Source: a virus (taxonomy: Duplodnaviria > Caudoviricetes). Taken from it: a stretch of DNA of 64,000 nucleotides. Where the stretch lies: IMG/VR virus record IMGVR_UViG_3300033121_001571, one strand, 5' to 3'. The notes beneath the pieces were generated by a model. The model saw nothing but the letters and a program-made list of their open reading frames with translations, searched no databases and had not been told where the DNA came from. Positions within the stretch are counted from its first letter, which is position 1, and each line of letters starts with the position of its first letter. The translations under genes and the position numbers were made by a program. This document shows positions 17,381-26,910 of the stretch, piece by piece.

Positions 17381-17755
17381 TCACTTCTTTCGTCTTGCTT
17401 TAGATTTATTTATCATCGGCATCTTTGGATACGGTGCTGAATCGTATTCATCATCGTGAGAATCGTCAGACATCTCTTTGATCTTTTCTATCTGGTTATC
17501 AATAGTTGATAACACAACTTCTCTTATTTCTTCTGTACCAGAAGATTCAAACAGATTTACTTTTCCATCTTTAACTAAAGGAACAGTGAATGAATTACTT
17601 GACACAGGCGTCTGTGTACCGCCATTTAACTTCAACAAAATTTCTGATTTTACTGTCTTCTGTAGAGATTGCATCTTACTCGTCTTATTTTGAACAGACG
17701 ATAGCAATTCAAGCAAATCAATCACTGATTGATCATCTAGCGTTAAAACAAACAT
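17381..17755 (-). CDS. Hypothetical protein
   Basis: 124-aa ORF whose stop codon abuts the tmRNA 5' end; ATAGTTA motif upstream. Confidence 0.55.
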   Translation of the reverse strand: MFVLTLDDQSVIDLLELLSSVQNKTSKMQSLQKTVKSEILLKLNGGTQTPVSSNSFTVPLVKDGKVNLFESSGTEEIREVVLSTIDNQIEKIKEMSDDSHDDEYDSAPYPKMPMINKSKARRKK

Positions 17756-17794
17756 GGTGGTGTATCACAGAACTAACTATGACACACCGTAAGA

Positions 17795-18082
17795 TCAGAA
17801 GTCCTTACCAGTGAAAGAATAGTGCTTACGAAGCAAGTTAAACAGAGTTCTTGCTTGGTGACCATTTAACCGAAGCTCAGAGTATAACCCATCTACGTTA
17901 TCAAGAAACAACGTAGTTGAATTCACACCCTGATCAGTCCTAATCGCAGCGTTAAATGCATTAGGATCTCTCCTCGTTGTCTCTGAACGAACTCGACCAT
18001 TTCGATCTAGTCTTGAAACTAGACGCGCCTGCTTGTTTGCAGTGACATGTCTCTTACTTCTCTTAGTTCTCTTAGTTGCCAT
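17795..18082 (-). CDS. Small basic (Arg-rich) protein, possibly nucleic-acid binding
   Basis: 95 aa with a very basic N-terminus; GGAG SD. Confidence 0.6.
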   Translation of the reverse strand: MATKRTKRSKRHVTANKQARLVSRLDRNGRVRSETTRRDPNAFNAAIRTDQGVNSTTLFLDNVDGLYSELRLNGHQARTLFNLLRKHYSFTGKDF

Positions 18083-18256
18083 TTTGACTAACTCCAGTTG
18101 CTCTTTGTTGAAGAGTTAAAATAAGATTAATGCACCTTTACGCACTGTTTAACACTTTAATCACACGAGAATAATCTTCATCATTGTATGTATACAACTA
18201 CACAAGAAGCTCAAATAATATTCTGAGTGTATTCTCGCACTACTAACTAAGGCAAA

Positions 18257-18808
18257 TTATTGCTTGCTATGCTTGCTATCGTATCTCTCTTTGAGAGAAA
18301 AATATTTCTTATTGCTGTCAACAGAAGTTTCTTCGACTTTTTGAGTTTCAAACTTCTTTATAGCTTTTTTCAACTCAGAAACCCTGTTATCAGTCTTCAC
18401 TTCTGTCTTTTCAAGAACAACTTTGACAGATGGAACGTTGTGTGTTTTGTTGTTAACAATAACGCTCTCAGTCACACATTTCACAGGAACTTTGAATTGA
18501 ACTGGAAAAGAACAAGGAACAAAAAATCTACCTTCTACGACCATCTCAACAGAACACTCATAAGTTGTTTCAGGTTTCACAGACTCAACTAAAGACGGGA
18601 CAACAAATGAAAGAGAATCTTGACCAGATACTCTACCAGAGAATGCTATGCTTTTATCTTCGGACAATTTTAACAACAATCTACTCATAGTAGGATTTTG
18701 ATTTGTTCCTTGAACCGCAACCTTAAATGTCAGATCGTTGTTTTCATCAATAACGAGTTGAATAACATCTTTCTCGCTGTCTTCGAAATTCACAAATATA
18801 TGTATCAC
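18257..18808 (-). CDS. Hypothetical protein (beta-rich N-terminal domain)
   Basis: 183-aa ORF coupled to the upstream gene. Confidence 0.55.
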   Translation of the reverse strand: MIHIFVNFEDSEKDVIQLVIDENNDLTFKVAVQGTNQNPTMSRLLLKLSEDKSIAFSGRVSGQDSLSFVVPSLVESVKPETTYECSVEMVVEGRFFVPCSFPVQFKVPVKCVTESVIVNNKTHNVPSVKVVLEKTEVKTDNRVSELKKAIKKFETQKVEETSVDSNKKYFSLKERYDSKHSKQ

Positions 18809-19176
18809 TTACTACGCGTTATAGAAATCTTAATGTCTGATTTCGAATTTTCAACTTCATTAAGTTTACTTTTGACTCTCGGAGAAGGCACCTCTGGATC
18901 AATATTGAGGACGTCAGTACCTTTGATTGACATCATAGAAAAATTCTCAGTATTCACCGTCATTAACTTTGCATAAACAGTTACTCTAAATGGTTTTCTC
19001 TTACCCGATTGTCCTCTTCGTAATCTTCTTCTTAACAGATCAATAGCGTCATTGTCTGTGGCTGCAGCTTCAACAAACAACTCTGAAACAAAACCTTGTA
19101 CTGCAATGTGAAGTGGATCATTGTCTAAGCCACTTGATATTCCCATCAAAGCTATTGAACGTGAATTTAAAGTCAT
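18805..19176 (-). CDS. Hypothetical protein
   Basis: 123-aa ORF in the post-capsid operon. Confidence 0.55.
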   Translation of the reverse strand: MTLNSRSIALMGISSGLDNDPLHIAVQGFVSELFVEAAATDNDAIDLLRRRLRRGQSGKRKPFRVTVYAKLMTVNTENFSMMSIKGTDVLNIDPEVPSPRVKSKLNEVENSKSDIKISITRSK

Positions 19177-19181
19177 GTCAC

Positions 19182-19838
19182 CTAGACTCTCGTCACAGTG
19201 ACAGTCTGCGTTCCAGAGTCTTCAGATATAGTTTGATTGATGTCACTTCCATTGGAAGGAACTTTTCTCGATGTTGGCGTAACAACAAGAGGTTTTGTTG
19301 GATCAAGACCCATCAATTTGTATATCTCTAATAACATAGTTGCTTGTTCTGAAGTCAGACCAGTGTTTGACACAAGCACATCTAAGTTATCTAAATTTGT
19401 TGCTCTAGTTGTTGTGTAACCCTGTGCAGTCAGTGCTGCTTGCACGGTCGCTTGATCAATTCCTCCCACGGTCACTGCAATAGCAGCAGAAGATCTTTCA
19501 ATGATCACAGTGACTGTGTAATCACCTACCGTTGGAACAAACATAGAACCTGAAGGATTAAGAGAGTAAAGATTACCTTCAATTCTAAGTTCGTGATCTG
19601 ACTCTTGTGGTCGAATTGTCCAACCATCAACTGTGTTCAAAAAGATATATGGAGCAATCGATTGTGTTGCTGAAATTGGATCACCTGCAACGCTAGTGAA
19701 AGCATAGATGTACTTGCTGTTGTCACTGATCATAACCCAGTCTTTCCAACGCGAATAAAGATCTTTAACTGTGAAAGAAACAGTACCAGAAGTAAGCGTG
19801 ATTAATTTTGCACTCCCATCAAAGTTATATCCCATCAA
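19182..19838 (-). CDS. Putative virion structural protein
   Basis: TVKDLYSRWKDW...DGW segment resembles the N-terminus of 23100..24761. Confidence 0.55.
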   Translation of the reverse strand: MMGYNFDGSAKLITLTSGTVSFTVKDLYSRWKDWVMISDNSKYIYAFTSVAGDPISATQSIAPYIFLNTVDGWTIRPQESDHELRIEGNLYSLNPSGSMFVPTVGDYTVTVIIERSSAAIAVTVGGIDQATVQAALTAQGYTTTRATNLDNLDVLVSNTGLTSEQATMLLEIYKLMGLDPTKPLVVTPTSRKVPSNGSDINQTISEDSGTQTVTVTRV

Positions 19839-19849
19839 TCACCATCTTG

Positions 19850-22800
19850 TCATGAATTTAGATACTGCCTGTCTATGACTTGTGATACTGGAATTGTCAA
19901 CCCTGATGACCCCAGTGATTGTGACAAGTATCTAGTGTTTTGGTAACCCAGTGACAACACTGATATGTCCACAGTTGGATATGTTGTAGCATCAATGTTT
20001 GCAGTGAATGTACCAGAAGTAACGTCTTCTTGCCCAGTGATTTCTGTTCTTGTGTTGTAGTTGTAGACTCTAACCTCTGAAGGATTTCGTAAGTTTGTCA
20101 ACGTGAGTGGCAACAGATCAAGAGGATATTCTGCCTGTCTAGAGCCAGTTGTGCTATTCGTGATAAAGTAAAAAGATGTGATAGCTGTAACGTTTGGAAC
20201 TCTTGTCTTAAATCTAATCTTCATCTTGAATCCATTAGATGGATTGATAGAAGATGAAAGTTCAGATGGAAGATAGTTGAATTGTAAGTCACCAGACACA
20301 GTGCCAGTCGTCTTCTGATCAACTACTACTGTTGTAGAGTTTGTTATTTGAGTTACTTTTGAACCTTGAGCTACGTTTGTTCCCCACACATAATCTCCAA
20401 CAGAAACACCGTTAGTACTTAACATTGATATGCTAGTTGAATCAACACCCGCTGATCCAGATGGAACTATGAATGATAAGTTCTTGTAAGAGCCGCTGAA
20501 TCCCAACCCGTCATTTTTGTCCATTTGATACGTGATCTCATAGTTGTTAATGGAGCTAGCACCAGCCATCACAGGTTGAACCATTGGAAAGTTCGCGTGG
20601 CCCAAGAAATAATACGGAGACGTGAACTCGATAATCGTACCGCTAGTTGGCATGTATAGACCGCCTGCAGACGTAAATGAAGCTGAGCCAGTTGTAACTG
20701 AATACTGGCTTGAAGTGTCAGACGTTGACTCATTCATCAATAATCCAATTCTACCAGATTGTGACTCAAACACTAAGTTTCCGTTTGTTGCACCTGTGTT
20801 TGTGCAAGTAAATGTAAAACTTGTTGACAGCGGCGTAGACGCAGCAGTGATAGTCTTGCTTCCAAGGTTTATTGCACCAGATTGTGAAGAAGAAAGAACA
20901 GTTATCAACAGACCAGTTCTTTTGTTATGTACAATTGAAGAAGTGACTGTTGCAGTAGTAGTCACTCTTGACCAAGAAGCAGTGATTGGACCGATCGGAT
21001 CACAAACAAAGTGATCAAACCAGTGTGTTCCATAACAAGACGTCTGCGCAGTGTAAGGCAACGTAGCATAAACTGACTTGTGATATCCATTTAGAATTGG
21101 AGTTACTGGTGCATTAATGTAGTCACCCTGAACATTTTCTAATGTGATATTTTTATGAGAGTTATCAGACGTGTAAAGATTTGTTCGAGTGTGTGGTGTG
21201 TAACAACGTTTTACTTCTACGTTATTTGATGCTGCACCAGCAACAAGAACAAACAAGTTAGCAGACATCGTAGGATAATAAGTGAGTGTTCCGTTAGTGC
21301 CGCCGCTGTTTGTTGCTGCAAATTGAAACTGCGTAGTTGACGGTGCAGCAGTAAGAGTCTTGCTTCCCACCGGGATTGGAGTTGTGTCAGAACACTGTAA
21401 AACATATACGATATCTCCTGTCTTTAGACCGTGTGCAACTGAAGAAGTGACTGTTGCAGTAGTAGTCACTCTTGACCATGACTGCCCATCTCTTTGAGAT
21501 CCACCAAGATCAAGAGAACCAGTTTTTGATCCCAAGTTTCTTAACTTAACACTGGTACATCCTGCTGTACCAACGTTCAATATACCAGAATAAGGTTGTA
21601 CTAAGTTTAATCCACCAAATGATAAACCGTCTATCTTTATGGAAGAACAAGCAGTTGCAAGATCAAAAGCAAACATAGGGTTAGAGGTAGTTGTAGTTGA
21701 CACTGCGGTATCAAAGTAAACAGTGTTGTTAAATGTCAAACCTGTGCAAGTTGTCAACAAAAATCTTCCAAGACCATGAGTGCAACTGTTAAATGTACAA
21801 TTTGCAACTCTTGTCAGCGTTGCACAACCAGTAGTTGCGTTGCCCCTAGCAACAAATGAAAATAATTTGACTCTTGTCCAAACAACATTAGAAACGTCTG
21901 TTAAAGATAGAACGTATCTACCAGATGCTGCTAAAGTCGCAGAAGTAAAAGTAGAGTCAGATACAGTACCCCCTGCAAAACAAAGTGTCATAGATAAACC
22001 AAATGCAGCAGTCGCGGCTTCTTGTCCTACACCAACTTGGTTCCACGCAATAGACGAAGCTATCTCTTGGACAAGAAGCTGAGACATAGTGCAAAAATTT
22101 GTCAATGAAACAGAATACGGCTGAGTGAATGAGGCATACCAATTCATAGCAGCGATATCGATATCAATAACGCCACCACCGGTAGTAGTAAAATCGTACC
22201 TAGTTGCTAACGTTGCGTTTGGTAAAACGTTCGCTGTTGGTGTTGCCGCAGTACAACACATGAATAAAACATTAGGGATTCTAATGTTAAGACCTGCTGT
22301 TGGAAGAAAACCACCAGTGTTGTTAGTTCCATCATGTTGAAATCTGACAACACCTGCAGTTGATATCCAACAACACTTTCCTCGAAAATCAGTTGCAACG
22401 TTTGCTGATGTTGCAGTTAATGACCCTGCACAGGGATAAAATTCATACTGTCCAGAACCAACTGACGTTTCTACCCAAACACCCGGACAATAGACGATTG
22501 AACCATTACTTGGAATCTGATACGTGTCCGTGTTTGCACCCGTTGTCGTTCCTAAACTATACCAAGCACCTCTGACTTTAAAAGTGTTTAATCTGTTAAC
22601 GGTTGCTGTAAGAGCATCAACACCAACTATCTCGATCCAGCCGACTGTGTCTGCGCCTGTTGCTGTAGCACCAATGCCAGATAGAGCTCCGGCAGCAAAT
22701 GCAACACTGTTCCATTGTTTGATCTTTATGAATCCTGACGCGGGCATAGCTGCACCAGCAGCAGTCGGCGCAGCTGTCAACGCAGAGTAAACGCCAATCA

Positions 22801-23089
22801 ACAACCCGCTAGCAGAACCTTGTGAAATAGTAGTGTTACTTGCAGGTACGTTTCCCGTGCCTGTGTTATAAGGAATCAGTCTAACATTGACACCTGTAAA
22901 CTCAATCGTACCACCAAGTGTTGCTGACATAGTGATGTTACCCATAGCAGCAGACGTGTTGTTGTTTGTACCATATCTCGAGTCTTGATCTACTGTAAGA
23001 TATCCACCGTTAATGTTGTAAGTGTCTGAACCAGTTTTTGCTGCTAAAGTGTCAATGTTAACACTTGTTGTAATTGCAAATGTAGCCAT
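19850..23089 (-). CDS. Large Thr/Ser/Gly-rich virion protein (spike, fibre or decoration candidate)
   Basis: 1079 aa; beta-helix-like centre; duplicated module SWSRVTTTATVTSS..H...TG. Confidence 0.6.
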   Translation of the reverse strand: MATFAITTSVNIDTLAAKTGSDTYNINGGYLTVDQDSRYGTNNNTSAAMGNITMSATLGGTIEFTGVNVRLIPYNTGTGNVPASNTTISQGSASGLLIGVYSALTAAPTAAGAAMPASGFIKIKQWNSVAFAAGALSGIGATATGADTVGWIEIVGVDALTATVNRLNTFKVRGAWYSLGTTTGANTDTYQIPSNGSIVYCPGVWVETSVGSGQYEFYPCAGSLTATSANVATDFRGKCCWISTAGVVRFQHDGTNNTGGFLPTAGLNIRIPNVLFMCCTAATPTANVLPNATLATRYDFTTTGGGVIDIDIAAMNWYASFTQPYSVSLTNFCTMSQLLVQEIASSIAWNQVGVGQEAATAAFGLSMTLCFAGGTVSDSTFTSATLAASGRYVLSLTDVSNVVWTRVKLFSFVARGNATTGCATLTRVANCTFNSCTHGLGRFLLTTCTGLTFNNTVYFDTAVSTTTTSNPMFAFDLATACSSIKIDGLSFGGLNLVQPYSGILNVGTAGCTSVKLRNLGSKTGSLDLGGSQRDGQSWSRVTTTATVTSSVAHGLKTGDIVYVLQCSDTTPIPVGSKTLTAAPSTTQFQFAATNSGGTNGTLTYYPTMSANLFVLVAGAASNNVEVKRCYTPHTRTNLYTSDNSHKNITLENVQGDYINAPVTPILNGYHKSVYATLPYTAQTSCYGTHWFDHFVCDPIGPITASWSRVTTTATVTSSIVHNKRTGLLITVLSSSQSGAINLGSKTITAASTPLSTSFTFTCTNTGATNGNLVFESQSGRIGLLMNESTSDTSSQYSVTTGSASFTSAGGLYMPTSGTIIEFTSPYYFLGHANFPMVQPVMAGASSINNYEITYQMDKNDGLGFSGSYKNLSFIVPSGSAGVDSTSISMLSTNGVSVGDYVWGTNVAQGSKVTQITNSTTVVVDQKTTGTVSGDLQFNYLPSELSSSINPSNGFKMKIRFKTRVPNVTAITSFYFITNSTTGSRQAEYPLDLLPLTLTNLRNPSEVRVYNYNTRTEITGQEDVTSGTFTANIDATTYPTVDISVLSLGYQNTRYLSQSLGSSGLTIPVSQVIDRQYLNS
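20936..21478. repeat. 39-bp exact direct repeat (20936-20974 and 21440-21478) inside the 1079-aa gene
   Basis: tgaagaagtgactgttgcagtagtagtcactcttgacca occurs twice. Confidence 0.85.
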
Positions 23090-23099
23090 TGATTAATCA

Positions 23100-24761
23100 T
23101 CATGGGTTACTGTAGTTACGCTCAAGAGCTGCAACTAGTGAGATAGAGTTTGCTGTTGATCTTGCTATCGTTCCTTGTGCTCTAACGTATTGTCCAGTAC
23201 TCAATCCAATTCCTATTGCAGTAATCGTTGCATCAGTACCTGCTGTACGTCCACCTTGAACGTTACCATCGTAGTTAAACGTACGTTGAATTGATGTTTG
23301 TGAAGATATTGAACCAGACATATCTGCACCGTCATTGTCATCAACAATCAAAGCTCCAGACTCTCCGAAATCATTTCCCGCTCCTGGGAGGGTGGTGAAA
23401 TACACCCAATACTTTGCGGATGCATCTGATGATAAGTTTGTACCAAAGTTAATTGTTAACACTGCAACGTATGGATACGTTCTGTTTGTTGCACCGTTAT
23501 CTCTGAACGTAAGTCTGTTTGTATCAGACGAAGAAAATCCTTCAATGATAACACCAGAACCACCGCCTGCTGGGTTTGTTGGACTTAACGTTCCTGCTTC
23601 AAGAGTATCACCAACGAATCTCAATAACAAATCTGCAGTCTTACCTGTCACAGAAACAGATCCCGTTGCAATTGAATTGATATTTCTGTTCTGTCGCAAC
23701 AAGAACTGAACTTTTTCATAGATCTGTTCAGCCGTAGCACCAAGAGAAGCACTCTTGTAAAGGGTGAAAGAAGCTGACGTCTGAGATGCTGGAAATGTCG
23801 TGGTGATATTGATCATATTTCTGGCTTGCGGCACGCCACCGTTTAAGTTGTATGTACCTTTTGCAGACCCGCTGTGGATCTTAAGTGTTCCACCGACAAA
23901 GTTTGATCCAGAGATTCCACCCGCAGAAGATGTCAACGTGTTCTGACCAGACGTAAACACACCGTCTACTCCTGAATGTGTTCCTGCATCAATCACAATA
24001 CCGAAAGATCTAGCGTTGTTTGTAGTATCAACGTCTCTCTTGAAAGATCCAGTGAAATACCTTACATTGATCTCGTTGTACGGAGTAGAACCGGAGACGC
24101 TTGTGTCAGCGTTAGTAACTTTAAGATCTGTGCCAGTACCAATAGGAAATCTATATGCAATAGAATCCATTGACGTAACACCGATGTCCGTCAAGTTGGC
24201 ATCGTCGTATGTCTGTGCATACTCACGAACGAAGATCTTAAATGACGTTCTTCTATCAAATCCGTCTGTGTAGTTGCCATCTCCATTAGGATCTGACAAA
24301 ACTTGCACAGCTTGATTCACTTGTCCAGTCAATTGAATGTTAACAGAGCCAGAACCTTGATCATAGTAAAGCTGATCGTCTGATTCAATAGAACCCAAAC
24401 CTATGATACCCGACCATTTTTGTGTCGTTGAACCAGACACGTTCTTAACAGTCCATCCAGCAGTCCTAATCAGATATCTTGCAGTATCATTCAAAAAATC
24501 CCACCCATCAACAAACTCGAATGACTCGTCTGTGATTGGTACCATTGGAAACGGATAAGCGGCTAAATTTTTGTTATTTGGATCGTTACGCCACTCTTCT
24601 TTCAAGAAAGAGTATAAACACTTAAGAGTCACACCGTCAGTGCTAAGACTGCCTGTGGTCACTAATTTGATAGTGCCAGATGCAGGATTAATGTACACTT
24701 CTTTTGTGCTGTCGTCAGCTGCAGAATCATTCAAGCTGTCGGGATCTGTCAGTAGCGTCAT
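23100..24761 (-). CDS. Putative virion structural protein
   Basis: 553 aa, S/T/G-rich, first gene after the capsid terminator, with its own ATATTTA motif. Confidence 0.6.
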   Translation of the reverse strand: MTLLTDPDSLNDSAADDSTKEVYINPASGTIKLVTTGSLSTDGVTLKCLYSFLKEEWRNDPNNKNLAAYPFPMVPITDESFEFVDGWDFLNDTARYLIRTAGWTVKNVSGSTTQKWSGIIGLGSIESDDQLYYDQGSGSVNIQLTGQVNQAVQVLSDPNGDGNYTDGFDRRTSFKIFVREYAQTYDDANLTDIGVTSMDSIAYRFPIGTGTDLKVTNADTSVSGSTPYNEINVRYFTGSFKRDVDTTNNARSFGIVIDAGTHSGVDGVFTSGQNTLTSSAGGISGSNFVGGTLKIHSGSAKGTYNLNGGVPQARNMINITTTFPASQTSASFTLYKSASLGATAEQIYEKVQFLLRQNRNINSIATGSVSVTGKTADLLLRFVGDTLEAGTLSPTNPAGGGSGVIIEGFSSSDTNRLTFRDNGATNRTYPYVAVLTINFGTNLSSDASAKYWVYFTTLPGAGNDFGESGALIVDDNDGADMSGSISSQTSIQRTFNYDGNVQGGRTAGTDATITAIGIGLSTGQYVRAQGTIARSTANSISLVAALERNYSNP

Positions 24762-24928
24762 CTAGGTTTCTCTCGTCTAAATATGAAACATTTCTGTAGG
24801 TGTATAGTCAAACTTAAATTTCAGCACACAAAACACTTTATGAGACACTTTATTTTTTCTTTATAGGCTTCTGTGTTTACCACCCAAATAATATTCTGTG
24901 TGTCACGTGTGGGCACAAACAATGGCAC

Positions 24929-24966
24929 AGAAAAGAAACGGACCAGCCTAAGATATAGGCTGGTCC
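24929..24966 (-). terminator. Rho-independent terminator after the major capsid gene
   Basis: 11-bp perfect stem ggaccagccta/taggctggtcc with a 5-nt loop, followed on the minus strand by GUUUCUUUUCU. Confidence 0.8.
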
Positions 24967-24987
24967 TCTATGTCAAGCTAAGTTAAC

Positions 24988-26883
24988 TTAGATGATGTTC
25001 ATGTCGGTGACGGTGACTGTACCGAAGAAGTCGGAGCGAACCATCTTCTTACCGTACCTTGTCATCACGCCCTTCCTTGGGACAAAGTCCTCAGTATTGT
25101 AGAGCGTTGGAGTCACAATCAATGGAACGTATGGTGCGTATACGTATCCTGTCTCAAGAGGACTGCCGCCCTTGTAACCGACCAAGACCTTGTTACGAGG
25201 GAATGCAGCATCTTTGTACACGGTGAATCTGTTAGAAACAGAACCAATTGACTCACATCCGATTGTGAATGGTGCTGAAACTTGACCATCGCCATCAACA
25301 GTGAACTTTGACTTCCAGAGCGTGCTCTGTTCAAAGATTGTTGCAACGTCTGGACCACAGACTAAGAAGTTAGCTGAACCTCTCAACGTCTTACGTTGAA
25401 TTGTGTTTGCTACGTCAACGCAGGTCTCCACAAGACCCTCGTACCACTCTCTGATCGTACCAGTGAATGCTGGTCCAATTGACAGCGAGTTTGCAAGCTG
25501 CTGCACTTGACCAGTTACCTTGTTAAGGAACTTACCAGGAGCACGTGACCAGTAGTAGTTTGCACCGTTTGCCTGAGTCACGAGATCTTGTAAGATCTCC
25601 TTGTCAATCTCAAGAGCAATCTGCTGAGACAAGATGCTCGTCAACTCGACCTCTGCATCCAACTGGTGGTATGCATTTAGGTCTTGCGCAAGCTCTGGTG
25701 ACCAGCGTGCTCTCAACTTACGAGTGACTGCTGTTATAGGAATTGACTCAATCTTGATATCAACTTCTGGAATTGCTGGAGATGGTGTAGAACCAAAGTC
25801 AGTTTCAAAGCTTGGGATCGTAAGAGTTGCACCAGAAGTTGAGTCTACTGACAATGCGTCTGCGATTGCCATTGACATCTTCTGAGTTGCAGAACCCATT
25901 GCAGGTACTGAACCACCGTTTGACAGTCTGATGACTAACTGGATGTGAGTTCCATCAAGAGGTGCAGGAGTAAACACTGATCCAGTCCAGTTACCTCTCT
26001 TGTTGAGTCTTCTCAAGTTGAGAATACCCTTACCAGACTGATAAGACTCACCCCATTCTAGAGCACCGTTAGTTGTTGCAAAACCAAAGAGTGCAATCTG
26101 ATCAACGGCGCTGAAATCACCCTTTGTGATCTTGCTGCTGATGTCTGTCACTGCAAAGTGAACAAACGTAACATCAAGGTTATTTGCTGCAACGTCAGAC
26201 TCAACCTGAGGATCGTAGCCTAACATTCTTGCGTTCGTACCAGAGAAATCATTTGAAGAAGCAACGATACCACCAGCTGTCCATGCTTCAGAAGCACCCG
26301 TCCAAGCACCCAAGTTCAAACCTGAACCAGACAACGTCAATGTGCCTGAGTGAACCTTGGTGTAACCAGTGTTAACGAGATCATACATACCACCAGCTGC
26401 AAGAGATCCTGACTGGACACCTTTGCCTGCTGGGTTGTTGTAAAGAGACTGACCTCTCATGTAAGTCTCAGATGCAGGGCTACTTGTTGGGATAGCTGCA
26501 GCTTCACCACCAACGTTCGTTCCGAACGTATAATCAAGATAGAAGATAAGTCCAGAAGGAAGACTCATTGGTTGAATTGAGACTAACTCATTTGCAACTA
26601 ATCCACCGAATACTCTTCTGATGATTGGGAATGCAATGTTGCTAAATCCCTGGATCTGTCCAGAAGAAGTAACAGCACCACCACCAGTTGACAATGACGC
26701 AGACTCCTTTAGAATCTGTGCTGCCTGGTTCTCAAACAACTGTGCTAGAGTCGTGCGCTTGTGAGCGTCAAGACCCTTCAAGAGACCTGTCTTGTTCCAC
26801 TTCTCAACTAACTTTGCTCGCTCGACATCAACATTTCTTTCCTTGATGCCTGCTGTTAGCTGCTCTAACGTGATTTTATTCAT
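24988..26883 (-). CDS. Major capsid protein (T4 gp23-like)
   Basis: FPIIRRVFG.L.ANELVSIQPM..PSGLIFYLD, TRKLRA.WS.ELAQDL.AYH..DAE.EL, GYVYAPYVPL and PRKGVMTRYG. Confidence 0.95.
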   Translation of the reverse strand: MNKITLEQLTAGIKERNVDVERAKLVEKWNKTGLLKGLDAHKRTTLAQLFENQAAQILKESASLSTGGGAVTSSGQIQGFSNIAFPIIRRVFGGLVANELVSIQPMSLPSGLIFYLDYTFGTNVGGEAAAIPTSSPASETYMRGQSLYNNPAGKGVQSGSLAAGGMYDLVNTGYTKVHSGTLTLSGSGLNLGAWTGASEAWTAGGIVASSNDFSGTNARMLGYDPQVESDVAANNLDVTFVHFAVTDISSKITKGDFSAVDQIALFGFATTNGALEWGESYQSGKGILNLRRLNKRGNWTGSVFTPAPLDGTHIQLVIRLSNGGSVPAMGSATQKMSMAIADALSVDSTSGATLTIPSFETDFGSTPSPAIPEVDIKIESIPITAVTRKLRARWSPELAQDLNAYHQLDAEVELTSILSQQIALEIDKEILQDLVTQANGANYYWSRAPGKFLNKVTGQVQQLANSLSIGPAFTGTIREWYEGLVETCVDVANTIQRKTLRGSANFLVCGPDVATIFEQSTLWKSKFTVDGDGQVSAPFTIGCESIGSVSNRFTVYKDAAFPRNKVLVGYKGGSPLETGYVYAPYVPLIVTPTLYNTEDFVPRKGVMTRYGKKMVRSDFFGTVTVTDMNII

Positions 26884-26910
26884 TTTCTTATCTCCGTAAC
26901 TAAACTAAGA

